A stretch of DNA of 64,000 nt from Thalia democratica (taxonomy: Eukaryota). The stretch is taken from positions 2,852,001 to 2,916,000 of the forward strand of contig OZ241832.1 of NCBI GenBank assembly GCA_965202585.1, given 5' to 3'. A model generated the notes under the pieces. The model had not been told where the DNA came from, searched no databases, and saw only the letters and a program-made list of their open reading frames with translations. Of the stretch, positions 41,730 to 53,600 are shown piece after piece (within the stretch, counting starts at the first letter, position 1; each line of letters opens with the position of its first letter). The position numbers and the translations under genes were made by a program.

Positions 41730-44700
41730 ATGGTTGAAGTTAGTCAAGTTTTGATTCTTGGTAAGTTTTTTATGTTTATTTTTTGTCAAATCTATGATTT
41801 GTTTTTACACTTAGCTTTATACTATAAAAATATTGAAAACATCAAAGAACTCGTTTTTAACGTTTTAAAAATATGTGTTTTAGTTTATACTTGCTTTACT
41901 TTAGTTAAAGCTTTTTGTTTTGATTTTCAAAGTTTTGGTAGTTAAGAAAATCTTAAAAGTTACAAAACAACAGTACCAGACTAGTTTTTTAATAGCAGTA
42001 GTAAAATAACTTAAGAGTTGTTGCATTTGAGTTTGTAAAATTTTAATTTCAGAATTTTCCGGACCTAAAAACTATAACATTATACCCAAAACTCGTTTCT
42101 TTATTAGTTTGTAAGCTTGCTTTGTAATTTAAGTTATATGCACTGAAAAAATATTTTGTCCTGCTTTTTCTTTTTTATTTGTAAAAAAATGGTGCGTGTA
42201 ATAATGGTTAAAACTAGAAGAAAAAGGTTACAGGCGTAAGGTGTAATGTGATGAAACAAAAAAAAAACGGTTCCAAATTCTAGCATGAGTTCCGATACAA
42301 ATTAGGTATCTTTTCTTCATATAGTCCGCAATTCAAGCTTCCTGACTAATTCTGAACGTCAGCTAGAAGTCTGTCATTTTTTAATTAAGTACTTCAAGAA
42401 GTTAACTTTATGCGCTTCAGTTTTATTGCAAGTGTTTTTAATAAAAAGTTGTGCAATTTAAATTAAAAAATAAAAACTTTTTTTATTGGTAATCAACGTA
42501 ATCTGCTTATAAAAGTTTAAGATTTTAAAACATTTTAATCGTCTTCTTTTACGTAACAAAGTCCTGTGTTACAAAAATATATTGTGGTATGTTTGAAGCA
42601 TAAATAAAATTTGTTTGAATTCTGATAAAATACAACGACTTAAAAAGTAGATTTTAAAAACAATACGACATACGAATTAACTTAAGGTTTATAATAGTAA
42701 GTATTATACTAGCCGGTTTCGTAAAATGACTGCCTTTGTAATTAAAAAATACTATATATGTAGGGTAAAAACAGTTCTATTTATAAACCATAAGTATTTA
42801 GCATTTGGTCATAATAAGTATAATTTTACTAAGTTTTAAACACTCAATAGCAAGACACATAAACAAGATTTAAAAGATTTTTTTAGGTAGATCTTAGAGT
42901 ATATTTTGTAAAGTAACACCATTTTTTACAAGCATTAAGTAAAACGAGCTGAGTCACTTATAAAGTGTAAGTATGTTTTAATATTACAAACTTTATAATT
43001 TAACTAAAACCACAAACAAAGTGAATTGAGTTACATGTAATAATAAAAGTTGTAAAAACTTGCTTGTCTTTCATTTAAAGGTTGTTTAAGGTTGAAGTTT
43101 TTAAAAGTACGCAATTAAACCCAAGCTTGTTTGTATAAAAAACTACAACTTTCAGTTAGTAGTTTTTAGTCGCAGTTGTATGAACTATTCAAAAAATGAA
43201 TATTTTATCTTAAACATTACAAATTTCAGTCCTATCTTGTCTTTGGACCACCGATGGCCGCATGAACCGTGGTGCAAGCGTGTTGGAAGTGACCAAGGAC
43301 AAGTGTCAGAGCGGAATACCTTTAGTGGACACCAAACCTTCAGGTTATTTCGGGTTCGCCAAGACCAACGATTTCGAATGCGAGTACACGTTTCGACCGC
43401 TAGATGTCGACAGAGGCGTTGTCATGACGGTAAATGTCGTGTACGCTAATGAGTTGGGTGGAAGTAAACAAGACATCATAATGCCAGGAGGTTTGAATTT
43501 ATTTGTATATTTATGAGCAAAATAATATACATATTCATCAATGTAATCCATAAGTTTGAAATTGTTAATCATTTTTATAGCAAATAGACCGAATGCGTAG
43601 TAATTTTTTTTACTTGTAAAAATAAAAACTAAACACTTTCTACTAAAACAAAAACTTAGTTTAATAAAAAACAATACGTAAAGTAAGAGTAAATAGACTC
43701 GGTAGAAAGTATTTGCATTCTTTTAATTTTTAAATTTTTATTAAAAACGAGCGAAATACTTTATATTATAGCCCCACTATGTTTTACAAAACCACATAAA
43801 AAATCACATAAAACCCCCTATATTGAAACAGGCAACAAGTTCCCGTACACGAAACCTTACGACGCTGGTCAGGATTACAAATACGGAACGAACTGCTTCC
43901 ACCTGGTCAGGGGAAGTACCTGCTCCTCCCAAATATCCAGGAGGTTCTGCCCTCGTGACGTCACGTACGGGGTACCCGATCAGGAAGATTTTACGTTCAG
44001 GATACCATATAGCAGCTGGAAGTTTGTGGTGTACTACCAGTTCTTCGAGTGCGATGGTACCACAAAAGGGGGTTTTACCGAGAGTGAGAGTAGTACAAAG
44101 CCTTCGGTGTTTGTTGTGAGCAGGGACGTTAAAAGTACTGAGAGTGTTTCGACTACTAAAATTAAGCCGACAACGTCTGTAACTACTACAAAGGGGGATG
44201 CTCCGGAGAATGGCGAGGAAAAAGTTACAGATAGACCAAGTTAATGTTTTTTTATTGCTTATCAAATTAAATTAAATTTTTAATCAACGTTTTTTTAATA
44301 AAATTTTCAGTTTAATTTATTTTCAATTTTATGCTAACATAAAAGTAGTAAAATGTCAAATCAAGATTTTCTGAACTTCAGACAATGATAAATAAATGTT
44401 TCTAACATGTATAGAAACCAAACACGAATTTTAGGATAAAAGATATGTCAACTAAATTTTTTCAATGCAAATTTCATAAAACAACAAAATAAATTTAAAG
44501 AAACATCCACACTAGCAATGCACAACCAAACAAAAGATAGCAGGTTTTTAGACCCATACCAACAAAATGCGAATACAAATACACTCTCCATAGTGCTTGG
44601 AACTGTTTTATTTGTTGTATCACTTCTGCTTATTGTTGTTCTCTTCACTAAAAAGTTTGTTTTAATTGTATTTAAAATTAATAGTAGTTAGTAGAAAAAG

Positions 44701-46037
44701 CTTTTCCTTTTTTTCTGTAGTAATTTGTTGAAGTTATAAAAACATTCGTTTAAACAAGGTTTTTAATAGAAGTATTATTACAGAAAGTTTTTGTTAAACC
44801 AAAACTTTTCAAGGCGGTTGTTTTTCTTATTTGTTTGGATTAAAGTTTATTTTTATTTGCCTATTTTTACTAAAAGTTATTCAACTCAAAATTTTATCAC
44901 ATTTTAAAGTTTTACAATTTTAAAACTAGATAGTAAACGTAATTCATTGATTAAGAAAAGTTTATTCATTTAATTTGCTTATTAATATGAGTTTGTTTAG
45001 TTTCATTTTTGAAATGTTTTGAAATAATTTGAATTTTTTAATGAAAGATCTCTAAATTACATAGTTCAAATAAAATTTATTTTTAAATAAGTGTCTAAAC
45101 AACTTTTAACCGTTAGACGTCGCAGTAGAAAAGTGAGTAGAACTAGTTGGCAAGGAAACAGAGTTTATGAGATGACTAATAAAAGTTGTGATGAGCCAAA
45201 TGAGTAAGTTTAAAATAAATTTTACAAACCATGATACGTGGAAGATTTACAAACTTTTTACTAATTTGACTCAAAAACTTCCATTTTTGCATAAAAAGTT
45301 ACAGGTTTTTATAAACTATTAAGTTGTATTACTTTTATTAAGTATTGCATTTTAAAATTATTTTATTTCGTTATTCTAAGTTTAAGTTATTTTAAATACA
45401 GTAAATATTAATCAGTGTAGTACACTAGATTATTATTATTATTACAAATAAAACTATCTAATTAATAACACAAACGTAGTTTTTGTAGGAAATAAATTAT
45501 ATTTACTTTTAAAATTTAGTTTATAACTAATTAGTAATCTACTGGTTTATTAACTAGATTTTTTTTAAATAAATGTAAGCAAACTAATTTAATTAGGATA
45601 AACATTAATGAATTTTATAATCCACTTTTGTTTAAACAAAAAAAAAATCAAGTTAGCCGGTTTAACTTTTCTTTGTTCAAAATAATCTAAAAATTTAAAA
45701 TAAAAATGTTTCAATTAAAAGTTAAACTCAAAACAGGCCCAAAAACGAGCTCTACACCCCGATCGAAGACGACATCAACAAAAATCCCCACGACAGCAAC
45801 CCGAATGTTAGGGAAATCCCCGCGACTCCGCAAACCCACCGCGCCCCAATTCCGCAACCCCGAACTGCGAGGGGAAAACCCTCAAGTGAAGGTGCTTACC
45901 TGGCGCCACTGACCAAACAGGAGTCTGACCAAATTTACGCGGAAATACCGGCGGGAGGGGAAATTCCCCCGATCGAGAAACCTCCGAGGAGTAGGAGGGT
46001 TCCGACCGCGTACGGGGTTGGAAATTTTAAAAGATAA
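41730..46037 (+). CDS. Orphan type I single-pass membrane protein: signal peptide, CUB-like ectodomain, S/T-rich stalk, TM helix, Tyr/Pro-rich cytoplasmic tail
   Basis: Exons 41730-41760 (MVEVSQVLIL, GTAAGT), 43230-43490, 43832-44239, about 44501 (alternatives 44516 or 44552)-44654, 45117-45203, 45737-46037; phases are consistent. Signal peptide MVEVSQVLILVLSCLWTTDG; TM LSIVLGTVLFVVSLLLIVVLF followed by TKKRRSRK; stop TAA at 46035-46037. About 396-413 aa. The CUB assignment rests on C..SG..DTKPSGYF..NDFECEYTF resemblance only. Confidence 0.85.
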
Positions 46038-47617
46038 ATAATTATTTTTTATTGAAACACTTGTTATGTATACTTTGTTAAAAGATCATTCAAACTAAGA
46101 TTATTATTATTTTTGAAAAAAAAAAAGATTTTTTTCTCTAAAAAGCTAATAATAGCTTAAATTGTTTTCAGTAGACGGAATACAACTTTTGCACATTACG
46201 TTTAGTTTGGCAAAGTTAAAATGATTAAAAATAAAGTCAATAAAATTTGAACTTTTTAAAATACTCGTCTGTTTTTTTTTTCTTTTTTTAAAAAAAGTGT
46301 TCAAACACTTATTTGTTTGTGTTAAGTTTTTATGCGTGAAATTTAGTTTTATGAACATTTTTCAAAATTTCAAAACAATTACTTATAACAACCATGACTA
46401 GAATTAAACAAAACTTTTGTCAGATTGATTGGAAAACATATCTTATTTATATTAGAAGTCTGGGCTTGAATAGTTAGAATTAAATTTTATGTGTATTTAT
46501 TTATTATTTATATAAATTATATTTACTTTGAGCTAAACAATTTAAAAAAAATTTCAAACAGTAAATACATAATGACTAAAATGGTAATTTAGCACAGTGT
46601 TTGAAGAATTTTTTAACCTACAAATTAAGTTTAAATCAATTTATTATTATGATGTTAATTAACTTTCTTTCAGTAACAAAACTGTTTAGTGCTTATCATA
46701 AAATTAGTCACTGTTACAAAGTACGGGTAAGTTTTAGTTTACCAAAAGTAGTATTTATTTCTATAACAGGTGTAATAAAGAGTTTTTCTAAATTTAAGTA
46801 GTACAGCGAAAACTACTAAGTTTTGAGCAATTAACATTAAAAAAAAAAATATATATACAGTTTTTTATAATCTTAGCTAATGTTTACGTTTAAAAAAGTT
46901 TATTTTTGACAAAAATAAAATAGGTCTTTCTCGGAATGTTTTAATGACAGTGATTATTTTTTAAATCTCATAGTATAAAAACTATTTTAAAAATATTTTA
47001 CTGATTTGTTTGTTGAAATATAAATTTAAATAAATATTTTTTACTATATTAAATCAAAGTAAGATTTTTTTTTAAATTACCATGGTAAATTTTAGGCACA
47101 AAAAAACTAAAAAAACAAAGAATAAACACACTTGATTTAAAACAAACCTATATTTTAATTCTATTTATTGTTTAATATAAAAAGTTTATAAAAAAAACTT
47201 TGTAGAACTAAACTTTGTACTGCAAATATGATTTTACATGTAGTTTTAAAACCATACTTTTGTTGTTCTCAAAATTATTTTAACCTATCAAAACTAATCA
47301 TCTTTTAAAAAATTGTTACTAGTTACCAAATAATAAAAAATTGTATAAAAACTTATTAACTTACGAATTACAGGAAATTACTCCAATTTTAAATATTTAT
47401 ATAAAATCGATAAAGAAATTCTAGTTAGAAATAAAATCTTTAAACATCATTGCTTATACTTTATGAAACAAAAAAAATCATAAACAAACTTAATACAGTT
47501 GTAGATACATCTAAAAATTGATTTTGAAGACCTATAAACTACTATATTAAAGTTTTTTATTTATTTTTTAGACATGTTTATACAAAATAACACATTTCAT
47601 TTTAACTTTAATTCAAT

Positions 47618-50600
47618 TTAAGTGAAAATTTCAACTTCACATCCGCTTTCGAAGTAAACTTGCTCAATATCAAATATATAATTATCTTCGGAATCTTGTT
47701 TTATTGTCAGTGCTCTCTGTGATAAGTACCTCTGGACACATCTGTGTTTAAATGTTTTGGCTATAAAAAGTTATATCGAAAGCGTTCAAAAGATTTTTTT
47801 AAAGCTATAAGGTTTTATAAACAACAAAAACTTTATTTAATGTGTTTTAAGTTAGAAAGTTTTGAGACTTTATCATAAAGTATTTCTGATGACTTAAGTT
47901 TTTTAAACCTAAAATATAAGCAGTGAATTTATAATTTACACATCTGAAATGTTACGGCTTTATTAGTTTAAACTTTCTTTATTATAAATATCATTTGTAC
48001 ACAAACCCTATTGGTCCCCCTTCAAATTCAGTCTGACAGACCCTGGTATCAAACCACTGGTAGTTTTCCCCGAAGTGAAAAACCTCAGTTCTGTTAACAA
48101 TCTGGTCGTTTTCAAAACCGAACCTCCTGTAAATTATTCCCGCCTCAATATCGCATATTTTGTATGCGTCTTCTGTTATAAATAAATAAAAAATTAAAAC
48201 TTGCTTAATTAATTTATTTTTTCTTCAAGATAAAGTTTTTTCTTATAAATCGCTTTAATGAACTAACAACTTATTAAAATTATTTTTTTAATTGTAAACA
48301 AAAAAAAGTATTTTTGTAAACTTTGTTAAAACATAAAGTTGAAACATCTGACTTATATTTAACAAATCTTTGTTATTTATTATGTTTTCTAAACATTTTA
48401 AATAATATGATAGTACTTATGACGTATGTACATGTTTAAAGGGTTTTACTGAAATATTGCGAGTGATTTTTTATAAAGTTGTGACTGCTAACAAAGTTAA
48501 ACAAAAGAAATTTTATTAGAAAAAAAAAAGTTGAAAGTTTATTAAATTGAATCAAATTCATAAGATTATAATAAAAGCTATATAGTAAACAACTACAAAA
48601 CAATTAAAAATCAACAAATAAGAGCTGAAAAAAAGAACAAAAATATCTTATTTGGTTTTTTGAATACCATAAACTATATACTATATATAAAATAAACGAA
48701 TAAAAATCGTGCTATATAATAAATAAATGTATACGTTAATAATTTGGAATGCTTTAAAGAAACTCCTCAAGAAAAGTATGTTAGTTAATGAATTTAAAGA
48801 ACATAAGACTTCAGGTATCGAAGCTTAAACAACTTGCTTTTACAAAAAACTTATAAAGATATTTTGAACTACTTTGTTTTTTATTAGTAAGCTTAAATTA
48901 GTATTACAATCAAGTTAAACAGAATTTTATTTAAAACAGTTGAAGCAAGAGGCTAATGATACAAAGCAATGTTTGAAGCTTTATAAAGTATAAACTAATT
49001 TTATTATTGTGGATATTATTATGTAATAATAGTTTTAGATTAATAAGCGTTAGTTAAAACATGCTATTAACTACGCCAAGCAAAAAATAGTTTTTTCATT
49101 CAGAAATAATAATAGTTAGAACAAACTTATTTATTACTTTTATAACAAGTTTAACAGCTTTGTAATTATGTTTTAATTTGAACGTTACATATCTCATTTT
49201 TCATGAAATTATACTCACACTAAAACGGAGTCAGTTTTTTAACGCAAAAAATTTAATTTCATTAAACTTGTAAAACTAACTAGTTTATTAAATCTTGTTA
49301 ATACTTTGATTTGTTTATGTCTTAGAAGATTGCAGCCACGTAAACTTAAGTTTTTAGTTAAGCAATTAAAATTGAAGCCGTGTATTTTAAGCTCTTTAAG
49401 CTTTTTTAACTTACTATCTGGGTAAAGTCCTGTACCGGTGGAGAGAGTTTGAAATATTCCGAAATTAGAGGTTTTTATGTAAAAGTTGATTCAAGCAATA
49501 AATTAAGTATTTTCTTAACACTTTATTATGTAAAATGAACTATTTATAATAAAATTTGATATAACTTAGTCTAAAAGAAAATTAGTATAATTGTAAATAA
49601 AAACAAAAATATTTAAACGGATAAAACGTAAAATATATTTTGTAAAGTGTAATAACAATAAAAATTAGTTTTTAAGTAGTATATAAATTAGACTTTAGTT
49701 AAGAATATTTAAATTAAATTAAATTGTGAGTCATAATTTAACATCAACATTTTGTTTATTTTGATATCTACTGACCTGAAACATGATAACAATGAAAATT
49801 AGTTTTCAAGTAGTATATAAATTAGACTTTAGTTAAAAATATTTAAATTAAATTAAATTGTAAGTCATAATTTAACATCAACATTTTGTTTATTTTGATA
49901 TCAACTTACCTGAAACCTGGTATAACAAAGGTTGCTTGTCTGTGGAATTCTGTAAAAGTAAAATTGATTATTTTTGCCGCATTTAATAAAAAGTTTCATA
50001 ATGTATAAAACTCACAGCAGGGCAAGCTTTTTCAAGTACTGAATCTGGAACTGTGAAAAAATACCTGGAAAAGTATAAGTTTAAATAATAAAGTATGTCT
50101 TGTGAATTACTCCAAAATAAACTATGTATTTATTTTCTAGCTTGTGGTAAGGTACTTATGATTTTTATTTCATTCAAGTGAGCCTTAAAGGCAAAAGTCT
50201 AATAACTGTAACACTTTAAATTGCAGCTATAACAAAAAAAAGCTAATAAGTCAACTTAAAAAGTAAATAAAAGTATTTATTCAAACTAGAACTATAGTTT
50301 AGCTAAATTTCAAGAAAGTTACAAGTTTTTACTACAATAACGTGTTTAAAAGTATGTACATACATAATACAACAGAAACAGTTTCCTCCGAAAAATATCA
50401 GTTAAAAAAATCTTAGTTGTTAAACTATTAGTGTACAAAAACTGTTTATTGGTAAACTTAGACATTCCTATTTAATAATAGTTTTAATATAACTTACTTG
50501 TAAGTGTTATATACAGATTGTGCTTTCACAAAATCTTCATTTGCTAATTGACAAGACAAACTTGTTGAATTTTCACATCCGGGCAGTAAACTTATTAAAT

Positions 50601-50621
50601 TGTCACATATTTCAACGTTTT
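47618..50621 (-). other. Spaetzle-like module of the EGF gene
   Basis: PGCENSTSLSCQLANEDF...YKYFF (prodomain-like), then KICDIEAGIIYRRFG...YQWFDTRVCQTE...GCVQRYLSQRALTI...FDIEQVYFESGCEV, recalling the Spaetzle C..Q.v.ve.C...C.QkY....l......d.f..Ps.C pattern. Only 4 Cys are present in the knot region. Confidence 0.55.
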
Positions 50622-53600
50622 CTGTTCAAATATACTTTGTAAGTACTAGTTAGTATTTAGAATTGTCATTTGATTATATAAAATTTTATGATTATTAACA
50701 TTTTTTTACACAACTTTCTAAAAATAAATATCAAGTTTAATAAGTCATCACAATGTTTACAGCTCAAATATTTGTTACAAATTGTTCAATTTATTTTAGA
50801 AAGTGTGTTTGTGTGTACACAAGTACATACATTTATACTGTTTTCTAAAAGTTTTATACTTAGCTTAGTTTTATTTGTTTATAAAGTTAGAAAGGTTGCG
50901 AAACAATAAGTTAAATTATGAAAAGTAGTGTTTAATTTTTATGTAAACAACAAACAAAATATTGACCTAAAAACTTTAAAGAAACGTTTGATGTATACAT
51001 AAACAATTGAAAATTTTTGGAGAAATTTTGTTTACAAATAAGTTAAAAACGATTAATAAAACCTCACCTTAGTATTTAAACATAAACAATAAAGTTTTGA
51101 AGAGAAATTCTTTTTATGTTTATGATTAATGGAATTTATCGCAATAACGTAAAATCACGTAACATTTTTAACAATTGAGTTTATGTTTATTTAATTATTT
51201 CAACTTATTGGGTGATTATAAGGTTGTGATATTTCACAAAATTTTGTTTGGTTCGAAATGCATTATATAAGTTATGAGAAAGAATTCAATTGTAATGAAG
51301 AGGCCAAAAGCAAAAGCAATTATATTTATGTTTTAAAATTTTTTTATGGTATGTTTAGTTTTTTTTTTTAATACCAGTATTTTTCAAAAATTTTAAATAT
51401 AGAAAATCAATTATTAAGTCCCGTTGATTTTTATTAAAGCATTCTTTTTAGTCGAAATGAATACTGTTTGTACTACTTTTAAAAACTATATAGTAAAAAG
51501 TTTCCTCTATTTATTCTCAAGCTATTTTATAAGAACAAGACAACAACAAACTTGGAAGCTATATGATTTTAAACATTTTGAATCATATTTATAACTAATA
51601 AACATATTGTATACGGAAATAAAAGAGTTTAAAATTTTGTAAAAATTTAATTTAGAATTATTTAGTTAAGCTTATTTATATACTTTTTGCAATACAGACC
51701 TTCACAAGTGAAACCATTTCCTTCGAAGCCATTCTTACAAACACACATGAAAGAACCTTCAGTATTCACACAATTCGCATTAATCGAACACATCACAGTA
51801 GATGGTTCAGAACATTCATCAATATCTGTTAAAATATTGATTAGTTATTTATTAACCTTTGTTCATACACTTCGCATTTATTAAAAAGTTTCAAAACATT
51901 CATTCATGCCTAAAAAATGAGCATTTATCGAGAAAATTAAAAATAGTTATCTACATCTGTTCAACTGTAGGCCGATTTACATACATATATATTAAAGTTG
52001 GTTAATCCTGTTTGATCAGTATACTTATTGGTATATAGAAATATTATTGAGATGATATGTAGAAATATGGTGTAAGGTTTATGTTAATTGAGTTATATTA
52101 ATTTGTTTTTTGTGTAGTTATGTAATTGAGTTTTCTTTGCATATATCAAGATTAAAAACCTTCATAAACCAGTTCGGTTCAATATAAGTAAAAGCTTTAA
52201 GTTTTCTTAAACTACTTTATACATACTAGACGTTATTGTAAACTTTTTATTGTATTAAGCTTAAACACTCACTCAATTTGAATAAAGCTTACAGTTAATA
52301 TTATGACTTGAAGTCTAAATACTTACTTTTTTTTTGTTTTGTAACACGATTTAACGGTAAAAGTTAAAGTTTTTACACAATAATACTTTTTATAAATAGC
52401 GTAAGATTAAGTAGCTATAGGCTTGGTCTAAATAAATAATAATGTTGTTATAAAATGAAATCAATTGCATTTGATATGTAAGAATAACAGTTTATTTACT
52501 CAAAACTTTAAAAGCAACTCTCTTATGCTTTCTTTCTAAAAACAGTGTGTGTTGGTTAAGTTTACACCAATTATATATTAGTTATATACATAACTTTTAG
52601 AACTCGAACTAAGTACAATTTTTAAAATTAACTTGAATTAATATACAAAAAATAATTAATCAACAGTAATTATTGTACAGTAGATTTATGAATACAGTAT
52701 TTGATCATTGAAATTAATACATTTTTGATCTGTTATTTATCCTAGTTTATTTTATTTTAGTCTTCAACTTGACAACTAATTGTTAATTTATTTTGTACTT
52801 AAAATAAGTGCCAAAACACTAGTTTTCAAATATTCTTTTTAACAAATTAAATAGCACATTAGCAAAAATAAAACTTACTGATGTGGTTATGTTACGTAAG
52901 CTTTGTATATTTAGTCGCTTTTGTTAAATTCAACAATATTTACTTCAAGCAAACATTATATTGAAAAAACTTTTGGTGTTTTTATTAAATCTGTGTAAAG
53001 TAAAACAAAAGAATTTTAAAACTTCAAACTTGTCTAGGTCATTTTTACTAAAACTAATTGGTTTTTATCACGTTTTGTTATTTTAATTTTACACCCTACA
53101 AAGTAAATTTAAATGAACTTGAAATTACTAAAAACAAGTAAAAGTTATTGAAAGCTATTTTTAGTACATAGGTAGAAATATCGAAGTAAACTCAAGAACG
53201 ATTGCATTTGTTATTACTTTTTACAGTTTTATTCTGTATTAAAATTTAAGTTCTATGTTTTAAAATTTGTTTTGTTAAAAAATAGACTGATTTAAAACTT
53301 AATGCAGTATTGTACTTTTACATAATCAAAAATATACTAAATAGTAATTAGTATGATAAATCAAACTATCAGACAAATAATTATAACCAGTATAACATTT
53401 CAAAATAATAATAGTAGTTTAAATAATTGAAATTTAAGGCAATTACTTTAAAAGTTACAAACCTAAACCTTAAATTTCCAACTTGCATACAAAATTATCA
53501 TAAACAAGTTTGAGAAAAACAACAATTAAACATATTTTATAATAATACATCTTTAATTATTTATACCTTCACAACGACCATCTTCAGTTTCATAGTAACC

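Noticed and set aside
43180-44648. ORFs 43180+, 43345-, 43804- (153 aa), 43823+, 44448- (hydrophobic, TM-like)
   Set aside because: All are explained as alternate-frame or antisense readings of exons 2-4 of the plus-strand membrane gene, whose spliced frame is coherent.
45706-45912. 68-aa ORF MFQLKVKLKTGPK...
   Set aside because: Wrong frame; the spliced last exon reads PKNELYTPIEDD... to TAA at 46037.
48007-48030. Apparent terminal stop in the penultimate EGF-gene exon
   Set aside because: Recounting the C-run shows the frame stays open (EGGPIG) to a phase-2 donor that joins 47741 in frame.
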